Source: Candidatus Sysuiplasma jiujiangense (GTDB taxonomy: Archaea > Thermoplasmatota > Thermoplasmata > Sysuiplasmatales > Sysuiplasmataceae). Taken from it: DNA of 64,000 nt. Below the pieces are notes generated by a model, which was given only the letters and a program-made list of their open reading frames with translations, ran no database searches and was not told where the DNA came from. The stretch is taken from contig JAHEAD010000002.1 of assembly GCA_019721075.1 (NCBI GenBank), positions 26,949-90,948 of the forward strand, written 5' to 3'. A program made the translations under genes and the position numbers. This document shows, piece by piece, positions 47,610-56,500 of this stretch (its first letter is position 1; each line of letters starts with the position of its first letter).

Positions 47610-49508
47610 ATGCAGCCATACACTGAGATTGACAGCAGAAACTTTGCGGCTAGAACGGGTGCATTCGTCACCGGGGGCAAGTCACTGAGGTTGCCCGCCG
47701 TTCTTTTTGCAGCCGTGCATGGGAAGGTATTCCCGCACGACGCCGAAGCACTGCTTGCGGCCGAACCTGCGGAAACTGATATTTTCACATTCATTTCGTC
47801 GCACAACAGCATGATTGACGGCGAATCGCAGTCACTTGTCTCTGACGGAATGGTGAGGCTTCCGAACTGCATACCGTTTTCGCCGGACCTGGAGGGAGTG
47901 GCCCCAGTGGCCGGCCATGCCGCCGGCGGAGAAGTATTCATGTCATCGGCCTCTCCAGCGGAAATGGCGCAGGAGCTTGAAGCCGGGAGGAGCATCTATG
48001 TCATTACCGCTGCACCCGAATTTTCAATACGCCCGGGCGTCCTTGCCGCTGCCGTAACAACAATGCGCAACCTGGTCGGATGGCGTCCGCTGATATACGC
48101 TCCGGGAATAGCCACGCCTGACAACCTGAAGCTCCTCTTCTACGCCGGCATAGACATTGTAGACTCCACACTCACCGACATGGAGTCCTTCCGCGGCAAC
48201 TCATTTGTCGGCGGCAGACTGCACAGGGGAGAACCATTCAGACAGGGGCTATGCCACTGTTCTGCCTGCGTCTCCCGGTCCGACAGCCCGATTTTCGAGC
48301 ACAACAGGCTGATGATGCTGGATGAGCTGAACAGGGCCAGAATTGCAATAAGGGAAGGAAGAATCCGTGAGGAGGTAGAAAAATGTTCCGCAGTCGGAGC
48401 CTGGAATACCGAATTTCTGCGGCACCTCGATATAGAGCATTTTGACTACTTTGAGCGTATGGCCGGGAACAACGGCAGGATTAGTGCAATTTCAGACATA
48501 TCGCTCAGGAGGGCGGATATCGCACGGTACACAAGGAGGATAATGAACGGCTACAGGCCTCCGGAAGCGATGAAGATCGCGGTTCTTGTTCCGTGCTCCA
48601 ACATCAAGCCATATCTGTATTCAAAGTCACACCGGCTCTTTTATGATGCAATTTCTCAGTCGCGCGCTGCGACATCCGTTCATCTGCTCACAGTCACTTC
48701 GCCGCTTGGCGTCGTTCCGGAGGAACTTGAGACTGTGTATCCTGCCGCTCACTATGACATACCGGTCACGGGAATGTGGTCTCCGGATGAGAAGAGCAGG
48801 TCGACAGAAATGCTGCTTCGGATACTGAGAAGGGGAAAGTACGAGATGGTAATCTCGCATCTGGAGGATGAAAGGGAGTTCGTAAATCAGGCGCTCTCCG
48901 AAGAGGGGATTGATTACACGGACACCTCGGGCGGGCAGACTAGAAGCAGGGCTGCACTGCAGAGGCTGGCATCGGCGTGCTGTGAAATGGATCATGCCGG
49001 GATCGGCTGGAAGGAGAGAAACAGCATCTTTGCGTCAGGCATACTGGCGTACCAGTTCGGCGAAGGGGGAAGGAGTCTCGCCGAGGGGGCGGATATCAGG
49101 GGAAGGTTTCCGCTACTGCGCATAATGAGAGGGAAGATACAGTTCGGAATGCTGACAGATGCGAGGGGCATCTTCTCTCTGACAATCGAGGGGGCGGAGC
49201 ATATCAGGGCGCATGTCAGGGATTACTGCATCGCAATGCGTGACTTCAGACTCAGGGGCAACCTGTTCAACGTGGGCGTGGAAAGGGCTGGCGATGCCAT
49301 AAGGCAGGGCGATGAAGTAATAGTGGAGAATGGCAATGAGGTGACAGGCGTAGGCGTGGCCAGAATGTCTTCCTGGGAAATGAACAGCGGCCTGAAGGGC
49401 GAAGCGGTCAGGATAAGACATTATTCAAGGGAAGAGGTGCAGATTACACAGGGGGACGGCTTTCGGTCTACTCCCCCTGATAGCAATTTAAATAACAACA
49501 TACAATGA
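47610..49508 (+). CDS. arcS: Archaeosine synthase (ArcS)-like tRNA-guanine transglycosylase paralogue with C-terminal PUA domain
   Basis: TGT-type Zn motif CHCSAC...H, central DUF5591-like region, C-terminal PUA-like beta-barrel ([42 protein letters not shown]); 632 aa. Confidence 0.65.
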   Translation: MQPYTEIDSRNFAARTGAFVTGGKSLRLPAVLFAAVHGKVFPHDAEALLAAEPAETDIFTFISSHNSMIDGESQSLVSDGMVRLPNCIPFSPDLEGVAPVAGHAAGGEVFMSSASPAEMAQELEAGRSIYVITAAPEFSIRPGVLAAAVTTMRNLVGWRPLIYAPGIATPDNLKLLFYAGIDIVDSTLTDMESFRGNSFVGGRLHRGEPFRQGLCHCSACVSRSDSPIFEHNRLMMLDELNRARIAIREGRIREEVEKCSAVGAWNTEFLRHLDIEHFDYFERMAGNNGRISAISDISLRRADIARYTRRIMNGYRPPEAMKIAVLVPCSNIKPYLYSKSHRLFYDAISQSRAATSVHLLTVTSPLGVVPEELETVYPAAHYDIPVTGMWSPDEKSRSTEMLLRILRRGKYEMVISHLEDEREFVNQALSEEGIDYTDTSGGQTRSRAALQRLASACCEMDHAGIGWKERNSIFASGILAYQFGEGGRSLAEGADIRGRFPLLRIMRGKIQFGMLTDARGIFSLTIEGAEHIRAHVRDYCIAMRDFRLRGNLFNVGVERAGDAIRQGDEVIVENGNEVTGVGVARMSSWEMNSGLKGEAVRIRHYSREEVQITQGDGFRSTPPDSNLNNNIQ

Positions 49509-50476
49509 CAATTGAAAGAATGAAAGGCGTTTCAATGAAGGAAAAGAAACTTGAGGAAATCAACGGAATCGGGCCTGCCACCGCGGAAAAACTCAGGGAG
49601 GCAGGATACAGCGATCTCATGTCAATAGCGATTGAGTCTCCAAGGAACCTCGCGGAAATCTGCGAGATTGGCGAGTCTACAGCCGCCAAGATAATAAACG
49701 AGGCCAAGGAGGCTGTGGATATAGGCGGCTTTGAAACAGGAGACGAGATAATGGAGAGGAGGAGGAGCATAGGCCGCCTCACCACAGGCTCAAAGGCGCT
49801 TGACGAACTTATCGGCGGAGGCCTGGAAACCCAGGCGATAACCGAAATGTACGGAGAGTTCGGCAGCGGCAAGACACAGATATGCCATCAGGCAGCCGTG
49901 AATGTCGGACTGCCGCCTGAACGCGGTGGCCTGAATGGAGAGGCGCTTGTGATTGACACCGAGAACACATTCCGCCCCGAGAGGATCGCCCAGATGGCGA
50001 CCGCCATGGATCTCGATCCTGCAGAAACACTCAAGAAGATTCATGTGGCGAGAGCCTACAATTCTGCGCACCAGATGCTGCTTGTCGACAAGGCAGGAGA
50101 GCTCGCAAAGGAGAAACCAGTGAAGCTGCTTATTGTCGATTCTCTGACAGCGCACTTCCGGGCGGAGTATGTGGGCAGAGGCTCACTGGCGGAAAGGCAG
50201 CAGGCCCTGAACACGCATATGCACGCGCTGCTCAGATTTGGCGATCTCAATAATGCGGTAATCCTGTGTACCAACCAGGTTGCGGCTAAGCCCGATGCAT
50301 TCTTTGGTGATCCGACCAGACCCATCGGCGGTCACATAGTCGGCCATACAGCAACATACCGGATCTACCTGAGGAAGAGCAAGGCAGGCAAGAGAATAGC
50401 AAGACTTGTCGATTCCCCGAGTCTTCCTGAAGCCGAGTGCGTTATCACTGTCAGCGAGGAGGGAATCAGGGATTGA
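49505..50476 (+). CDS. radA: DNA repair and recombination protein RadA
   Basis: N-terminal HhH ([20 protein letters not shown]), Walker [10 protein letters not shown], Walker B LLIVDSL; ATGA overlap with arcS. Confidence 0.92.
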   Translation: MTIERMKGVSMKEKKLEEINGIGPATAEKLREAGYSDLMSIAIESPRNLAEICEIGESTAAKIINEAKEAVDIGGFETGDEIMERRRSIGRLTTGSKALDELIGGGLETQAITEMYGEFGSGKTQICHQAAVNVGLPPERGGLNGEALVIDTENTFRPERIAQMATAMDLDPAETLKKIHVARAYNSAHQMLLVDKAGELAKEKPVKLLIVDSLTAHFRAEYVGRGSLAERQQALNTHMHALLRFGDLNNAVILCTNQVAAKPDAFFGDPTRPIGGHIVGHTATYRIYLRKSKAGKRIARLVDSPSLPEAECVITVSEEGIRD

Positions 50477-50495
50477 CCGGACGTGATGGTATACA

Positions 50496-51521
50496 TTGGC
50501 CGACACATCCCTGATCATAGAGCTTTCCCTCGAGCACAGCGAATTCCCGCTGGAGGAAGTGAGGGCCCTTTCGGCAATGCTGCACTGCACAATCAAATAC
50601 GAGAATGCAGCGGACGGAATCGCAGTGGTCGAGTGCAGGGATGAGAATGCTGCATCCTTTTTTTGCAGGCGGCTGGCTTTTGCACATTCGGTTTCCGTCC
50701 TGAAAGGGGCATACAGCAGCTGGAAGGATCTCCTCGGGAGCAGTCACTCCCTCCGTGAAACAGTTTCCGGCAGCAGGTTTCGCATTCGGGCTTCTACCAG
50801 GGTCGGGCACATGAAGGCGGAAACAAAGGAAATGGAAAGGGAACTGGGTAGGAGACTGTCGGAATACGGCAGTGTGGATCTCGAGGGTGCAGAAGTGGAA
50901 ATAAGGGTGTTCGCCCTCAGCAGCATGTTTTTCGCCGCCGTAATGCGGTGCAGGCCGGACAGAAAGTCACTCGACAGCAGAAAGGTTTCCGGAAGGCCTT
51001 TCTTTTCGCCCGTCTCCCTGCCGCCTAGATATGCGCTCGGACTCGTTAACCTTTGCGAAGTTTCAGAGGGGGAAAGAGTGCTGGATCCCTTCTGCGGTAC
51101 CGGAGGAATACTGATCGAGGCTGCAATGGCAGGCGCGTCAATTACGGGTTCTGACATAGACGGGAGAATGATCGGCGGAACCAGGAAAAACCTTGAAAAA
51201 TTCGGCATCCGCGGGCAATTCGAACTCTTCCGCTGCGACGTATCTGAGATAGCGGAGCTGGGAAAATTTGACGCTGTCCTGACAGATCCGCCGTATGGCA
51301 GATCCTCGTCAACTGGAGGGGAAGGCCTGAAACGTCTTTACAGCAGGGCTTTTGCCGCAATCGGGGAATCGCTTGTAGAGGGCGGGAGACTCGGCATCGT
51401 CGTCCCGGATGTCTCCCTGGTTCCACAAACAAAGGGACTGAAACTTCAGAAAGCCATCAGACAGAAGGTACACCGTTCGCTGACAAGGAATTTTCTCATA
51501 TTCAGGAAAGCAGGCGGCTGA
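50496..51521 (+). CDS. THUMP-domain tRNA (guanine10-N2)-methyltransferase (Trm11/Trm-G10-like)
   Basis: N-terminal THUMP-like region, SAM motif I VLDPFCGTGGILIEAA, catalytic DPPYG. Confidence 0.75.
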   Translation: MADTSLIIELSLEHSEFPLEEVRALSAMLHCTIKYENAADGIAVVECRDENAASFFCRRLAFAHSVSVLKGAYSSWKDLLGSSHSLRETVSGSRFRIRASTRVGHMKAETKEMERELGRRLSEYGSVDLEGAEVEIRVFALSSMFFAAVMRCRPDRKSLDSRKVSGRPFFSPVSLPPRYALGLVNLCEVSEGERVLDPFCGTGGILIEAAMAGASITGSDIDGRMIGGTRKNLEKFGIRGQFELFRCDVSEIAELGKFDAVLTDPPYGRSSSTGGEGLKRLYSRAFAAIGESLVEGGRLGIVVPDVSLVPQTKGLKLQKAIRQKVHRSLTRNFLIFRKAGG

Positions 51522-51536
51522 AATGTGCGGCAAGTG

Positions 51537-53018
51537 TCATCCGGCGATGACACGTATGGTAAATGTCCTGGTTATGCCGCCGCTTTTGCCGAGTATTGTG
51601 ATGCTGTATGTTCCGGCAGGCACCTTCACGGTCTGCGGGTTCAGTTCAAATATCTTGACGGTGACATTGGCGGACTGCCCGATGGGCACGAGCACCTGAG
51701 CCGACGGTCCGAAACGTGTGCCGTTGACAGTGGAAATGCCGGGCGCAAACTGCGTCTCAAAATACGCATAGCCCGATGAATTCTGCGCTGCAGAGATGGA
51801 AATGTTCTCAGCCAGATTGCCCTGGTTTGTGAGCGTGATTATGAATGTCTCTGCCACTGTGCTGTTCACATTCACGGAGGTTGCAGTCGATGTCATCATG
51901 AAATTAGGGTTTGCAGGACTTGTTGTCACAGGGATCGGTGTAAATGAGATGAGGAACATGGCAGCGGCGACTGCTCCGAGCATCTTTCTGTTTATCCTGA
52001 GTTTTGATATGTCATTGAGCGGCGGAGGATGCCGGACGCCAAGGATCATGACAAACAGCGCAATGAGTATCCAGCTGGTGAAGTAGATAGACAGGACAAT
52101 CATTCCGGCAAGGGTCGCCCACGCAAGATATTTTGAATTGTCCCCCAGCAGGGCCCTTGCGACATGACCGCCATCAAGCTGCCCTGCAGGAAGCAGATTC
52201 AGTGCGGTGGCAAAGAAACCTACCCATGCCGCGAACGCAGTGGGGAAAATTATGTATGAACCGCTTGAAAATGGAAAAAGTGACATCATGACATTGTAGA
52301 GGTAAGGGGCCTTGAAGACAGGTGTCCCGGGCGTTATAATGACATGGACCAGATTGACCTGTGTGAGCATGAAGCCCGCAATTGCCACAGGAATTGAAAC
52401 GAGGAAACCGACAATAGGCCCTGCTATCCCCACCTCGAGCAACGCCTTCCTGCTCGGGAAAGGATCACGAATGGAGATGAAAGCGCCAAGCGTCCCCAGG
52501 GGAGGGATGGAGGGCAGGAAGAACGGCAGCGATGCGCTCACCTTGTATTTTCTCGCGACAACGAAATGTCCCATTTCATGGGAGCCAAGAATGAGCATGA
52601 GCGGGAATACAAAGAAAACAATGCCGTTCAGCACCGTCGACGGCGTGAAGAGCTGCGGAAGATGGTAATAATTGGACCATAGGATTGCACCTGTGATTGT
52701 TGTCGTGACAAGCGTGACTGCGAGCAGAATTATGTTTGCAACGTTTCCCTTCTTTCCGACAGGTTTCCGCTTCCATACGACTATGGAGTATTCTCCGCCC
52801 CTTTTCTGCAGGAACGGTATATAATTTTTCGGAACCATGGCGAGCCTTACTCCGTCGAATTTTTCCTCCAGTTCCGAAGGATTGCAGTTGACGAAGAAAG
52901 CAACTGCCTGATATGTGACCCTGATATCATAGATGTCGAAATATCTTGAAACGACTGACTTCAGTTCTTCAACTTCGGCGCCGAGAGATCCAGCTCGTCC
53001 GTACTGACCGTAGTCCAC
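51537..53018 (-). CDS. Site-2 protease family (M50) membrane metalloprotease with C-terminal extracellular Ig-like/CARDB-like domain
   Basis: HEMGH (HExxH) in a TM helix, multiple TM segments, a second metal-ligand region LLPAGQLDGGH (the LDG motif of S2P); ~120-aa C-terminal beta-rich domain. Confidence 0.75.
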   Translation of the reverse strand: MDYGQYGRAGSLGAEVEELKSVVSRYFDIYDIRVTYQAVAFFVNCNPSELEEKFDGVRLAMVPKNYIPFLQKRGGEYSIVVWKRKPVGKKGNVANIILLAVTLVTTTITGAILWSNYYHLPQLFTPSTVLNGIVFFVFPLMLILGSHEMGHFVVARKYKVSASLPFFLPSIPPLGTLGAFISIRDPFPSRKALLEVGIAGPIVGFLVSIPVAIAGFMLTQVNLVHVIITPGTPVFKAPYLYNVMMSLFPFSSGSYIIFPTAFAAWVGFFATALNLLPAGQLDGGHVARALLGDNSKYLAWATLAGMIVLSIYFTSWILIALFVMILGVRHPPPLNDISKLRINRKMLGAVAAAMFLISFTPIPVTTSPANPNFMMTSTATSVNVNSTVAETFIITLTNQGNLAENISISAAQNSSGYAYFETQFAPGISTVNGTRFGPSAQVLVPIGQSANVTVKIFELNPQTVKVPAGTYSITILGKSGGITRTFTIRVIAG

Positions 53019-53097
53019 GTAAAAAATTAAGCATGTTATGGTAATTAAGTATTATGTAGAAAACAGGCCTCCCCGGTTTTTACGGACTTCGGGCAAA

Positions 53098-53149
53098 ATC
53101 AGGGATCTGCATCAGGGATCTGCATCAGGGATCTGCATCAGGGATCTGC
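53098..53149. repeat. Perfect tandem repeat, 4 x 13 bp (atcagggatctgc)
   Basis: Read directly: atcagggatctgc x4 followed by gatgcc; each unit contains GATC; intergenic between divergent S2P and DGGGPS genes. Confidence 0.95.
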
Positions 53150-53520
53150 GATGCCTGTCGCAGGGAACTGCCCGCCATGCTCATCAGAGTGCCGTATTAC
53201 AGTGCTCAGGAACAATGACCCGAACCCGCGAATCTCGCCAGTGCTGGCATAAACAGCGCCGTTTGTTCTTTTCGGCGCAATCTGCAGGCAGCCGAGACGG
53301 GAAGCGGACGGAGATGCCGAATTGAAGTCCGGTGATGCACAGGCGTTCAGGCAATGTTTTCATTGAAGGTTCTGCTGCCTGACAAAACAAAAATGCGGTG
53401 CGTGCGGCTGCTCGCGAGGTGTTTGCACAGAAATCCGGATTCCTCCGGTACCTGCTTCCTGTAAAATTCGATGCTCTTAAATTCTAATAACAGTTGCCCG
53501 TTGAAAGTAAAGGTCGACAG

Positions 53521-54351
53521 ATGACTTCCATTTCCGACTTGCTTAAGCTCATGAGATACGGGAACTGCGTTATGTCCGCGGTTGCCGCAATACTCGGGGC
53601 GCTCGTGTCCTCGAAGACCATGTTCGCCAGCCATCTGCTTGATGCTGCGGCAGCAGGCGCAGTCGTATTCCTGTTTACCGGTGCCGGAAATACGCTGAAC
53701 GACTATCTTGATGCAACCATCGATGCAAATGCCCATCCCGGCAGACCGATCCCGTCGGGCAGAATAAGCAGGGAGAATGCACAGAGATTCTCCGTCCTTC
53801 TCTTCACATTTTCTGTGCTTATTTCACTTGTGATAAATATACCTGCTTTTCTGCTTGTTCTCTTTTCCCTGTTTATAATGATGCTGTATGAATTCAGGCT
53901 CAAAAAAACTGGCCTTGCGGGAAATCTGTCCATTTCATGGCTTACGGCATCACTGTTTCTGTTCGGCGCGCTGTCTGTAGGCGAAACACTTACAGTGTGG
54001 GCTCTGTTTGCAACTTCATTCATGGCGACGCTTGGAAGGGAGATCATCAAAGATATCCAGGACATTGATGCTGACAAGGGAATAAGGAAAACGCTCCCGA
54101 TGGAGATTGGGAGGGAGAACGCAGGGCGCGCAGCTTCCGCCGCCATCGCTTCCGCAATAATAGTAAGCCCGTTCCCTTACCTGCTTCACCAGTTCGGTCT
54201 CGGTTATCTTGCGGTGGTGCTTGCCGCGGATCTGATCTTCCTCGCTTCCATCATTCAGCGGCATCGGAACCCGGCGCGGTCCCAGTCCACGACCAAGGTT
54301 GCGATGTATGCCGCTCTTCTTGCATTCCTTGTAGGCGCACTGGGGGTATGA
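53521..54351 (+). CDS. UbiA-family prenyltransferase, probable digeranylgeranylglyceryl phosphate synthase (DGGGPS)
   Basis: NTLNDYLDATIDANAHPGRPIPSG (Asp-rich motif I) and a second Asp-rich motif KDIQDIDADK; ~8 TM; immediately followed by GGGPS. Confidence 0.75.
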   Translation: MTSISDLLKLMRYGNCVMSAVAAILGALVSSKTMFASHLLDAAAAGAVVFLFTGAGNTLNDYLDATIDANAHPGRPIPSGRISRENAQRFSVLLFTFSVLISLVINIPAFLLVLFSLFIMMLYEFRLKKTGLAGNLSISWLTASLFLFGALSVGETLTVWALFATSFMATLGREIIKDIQDIDADKGIRKTLPMEIGRENAGRAASAAIASAIIVSPFPYLLHQFGLGYLAVVLAADLIFLASIIQRHRNPARSQSTTKVAMYAALLAFLVGALGV

Positions 54352-55097
54352 AAACGGGAAAGGTGTCCGATTATATTTATCAGAAAGTCAAAAGCGGCCC
54401 GATACACATGACGCTGATAGACCCCGACAAGCAGAAACCTGAAGATGCCGGAGAGATCGCCTTCGAGGCGTTCAGGTGCGGCACCTCCGCCATAATGGTT
54501 GGCGGATCTACCGGGGTGGAGAGACATGGACTGGACGAAACGCTCAGGTGTATCAAGGCAAGAGTAAGCATTCCGCTGATCGGTTTCCCCTCCGGAGTCA
54601 GCGGACTGAGTCCTCTGCTGGATGCACTGTACTTCCTTTCGATGATGAATTCGATGCTGCCCCGCCACATAACCGGAGAGCAGGCTGCCGGCGCACTCCT
54701 AACGAAGAAATACGGCATCGAGCCGATTGGCATGGGTTACATAATAATCGAGCCGGGAATGAAGGTCGGGGAGGTGGGACATGCCGATCCCGTCCAGAGG
54801 AAGGACATAGGCAGGGCAGTCGGCTACGCCCTTGCGGCCGAGTATTTCGGCATGAAACTTGTCTATCTGGAGGCCGGGAGTGGAGCCCCCGTACACGTTC
54901 CTGCACGGATGATTGAAGCGGTGAAAAGGGAAATCGCCATACCGCTTGTTGTCGGCGGGGGGATAAGGAACTCGGCTGCCGCATCGGAGGTTGCAGGCGC
55001 AGGAGCGGATGTTGTTGTGACAGGTACCGTGGTGGAAAGCGAAAACGGACTGGAGACACTGGGCAGCATAATCCGATCGGTCATCAAAAGACAATGA
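54348..55097 (+). CDS. Geranylgeranylglyceryl phosphate synthase (GGGPS, PcrB family)
   Basis: HMTLIDPDKQ...GTSAIMVGGSTGV...YLEAGSGAP...PLVVGGGIRN matches the (beta/alpha)8 GGGPS/PcrB motifs; ATGA overlap with upstream gene. Confidence 0.85.
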   Translation: MKTGKVSDYIYQKVKSGPIHMTLIDPDKQKPEDAGEIAFEAFRCGTSAIMVGGSTGVERHGLDETLRCIKARVSIPLIGFPSGVSGLSPLLDALYFLSMMNSMLPRHITGEQAAGALLTKKYGIEPIGMGYIIIEPGMKVGEVGHADPVQRKDIGRAVGYALAAEYFGMKLVYLEAGSGAPVHVPARMIEAVKREIAIPLVVGGGIRNSAAASEVAGAGADVVVTGTVVESENGLETLGSIIRSVIKRQ

Positions 55098-55134
55098 ACA
55101 GCGTCGTTTCGGGCAGCGTTGAGGCAGTCGCTCC

Positions 55135-55722
55135 TCAGATTGCCAGAAATGCCCTGTGAACATCCGTCGAACCGGAAAGTTCCGGGTGGAAGGCAAGACC
55201 CAGGAGATTGTCCTCCCTGGCCATGACGATACTCCCCTCCAGTGATGACAGTTTGCGGCATTTTCCCCAGACTTCCACAATAGCAGGTGCCCTGATAAAT
55301 ACACCCCTGAATTGATCGGAAACACCGTCTATTTTGAGCACTGCCTCGAACGACTCCCTCTGTCTGCCGTAGAAGTTTCTGTCGACCTTCATGTCCATGA
55401 GGCCGAGAAGTCTGGTCTCTGTCTTTTCCACCTGTTCATCCCCCTTCTTTGCAAGCAGTATGCATCCCGCGCATGTTCCCATAACAGGCATTCCCTCCTG
55501 CGCACTTTTTACGATGATGCGGAATAGGCCTGACTTCTGGAGAAGTTTTGAAATTGTGGTGCTCTCACCGCCCGGTATGATCAGCCTGTCGACATCGGTC
55601 ATATCCTCGATCTTCCTGACGTTTGCCGCACTTCCGCTGATTCCGAGTTCACGCATCGCCTTTTCCGATGCACTTATGTGTTCACTGACGTCTCCCTGAA
55701 CCGCAACGACACCGACCTTCAT
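55135..55722 (-). CDS. pdxT: Pyridoxal 5'-phosphate synthase glutaminase subunit PdxT
   Basis: MKVGVVAVQGDVSEH...LIIPGGESTT...GTCAG (catalytic Cys)...FHPE class I glutamine amidotransferase triad. Confidence 0.88.
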   Translation of the reverse strand: MKVGVVAVQGDVSEHISASEKAMRELGISGSAANVRKIEDMTDVDRLIIPGGESTTISKLLQKSGLFRIIVKSAQEGMPVMGTCAGCILLAKKGDEQVEKTETRLLGLMDMKVDRNFYGRQRESFEAVLKIDGVSDQFRGVFIRAPAIVEVWGKCRKLSSLEGSIVMAREDNLLGLAFHPELSGSTDVHRAFLAI

Positions 55723-55842
55723 CGTACTGACTGAAAGAGAGGAGACTTATTGCCTTTATTGTCGCAATTGCTTTTTTCAGCAAAGAATTTCGATATCCCG
55801 GAAAGAGAAAATAATTAACCCCGCCGTTATGTCAGGACAGCC

Positions 55843-56295
55843 ATGAACCAGAACAGCGGAAGAGAGAGCTGTGTCTTCTGCCAGATAATTGACGGGAAGG
55901 CGCCAGGATACCGCGTCTATGAAGACGACAACATATTTGCTTGTCTGGACAAATTCCCCATCACCGCGGGGCATACGCTGGTCATGCCGAGGAAGCATGT
56001 TCCGACGCTCGTGGACCTTGACGAGCGCCTGACATCGGAAATGTTCAACCTCTGCAGGAAGATCGGCAGTTCATTCTATGCAATGAATTACAGCGGCGTC
56101 AACTATTTCGTCAACGAAGGAGCAGACGCTGGACAGGTGATATTTCATGTTCACTGCCATGTGATACCAAGGAATCATAACGACGGGCTGGATTTCAGAG
56201 TAAGGCGAAACAGGATGACGGACGGTGAAATGAGCCAGGCTGCAGACCGCATACGAGGTGGCATCGGCAAGGTAGATGCAACCGTGAGCGACTGA
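55843..56295 (+). CDS. HIT-family (histidine triad) nucleotide hydrolase/transferase
   Basis: CVFCQII...HTLVMPRKH...HVHCHVIPR (HxHxHxx). Confidence 0.85.
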   Translation: MNQNSGRESCVFCQIIDGKAPGYRVYEDDNIFACLDKFPITAGHTLVMPRKHVPTLVDLDERLTSEMFNLCRKIGSSFYAMNYSGVNYFVNEGADAGQVIFHVHCHVIPRNHNDGLDFRVRRNRMTDGEMSQAADRIRGGIGKVDATVSD

Positions 56296-56442
56296 CTTCA
56301 CCGCCACGTACCCATGAAGCGCCGGATAGCGCTGCCCGCACCGATATCAGGAATCAAATGCATTCAGTCAGGTTTAAATCACATGCGATTTATTCAAATT
56401 CGGGATCAGACAGAAAAGGCGAATTCCGGTTTCATACCGGTT

Positions 56443-56486
56443 GTGCCCGACACGCAACACCCCGGGCGGATTTGGACATCGGGCAC
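56443..56486. promoter_or_regulatory. 8-bp inverted repeat (gtgcccga ... tcgggcac) spaced 28 nt upstream of glgB, plus a near-palindrome aaatcacatgcgattt at ~56378-56393
   Basis: Read directly from sequence; candidate operator or stem-loop in the glgB leader. Confidence 0.3.
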
Positions 56487-56500
56487 ATGCGAAAAGTTGA

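Noticed and set aside
53098-53149. Possible CRISPR array
   Set aside because: Units are only 13 bp, perfectly identical and directly abutting with no spacers. This is a microsatellite-type tandem repeat, not a CRISPR array.
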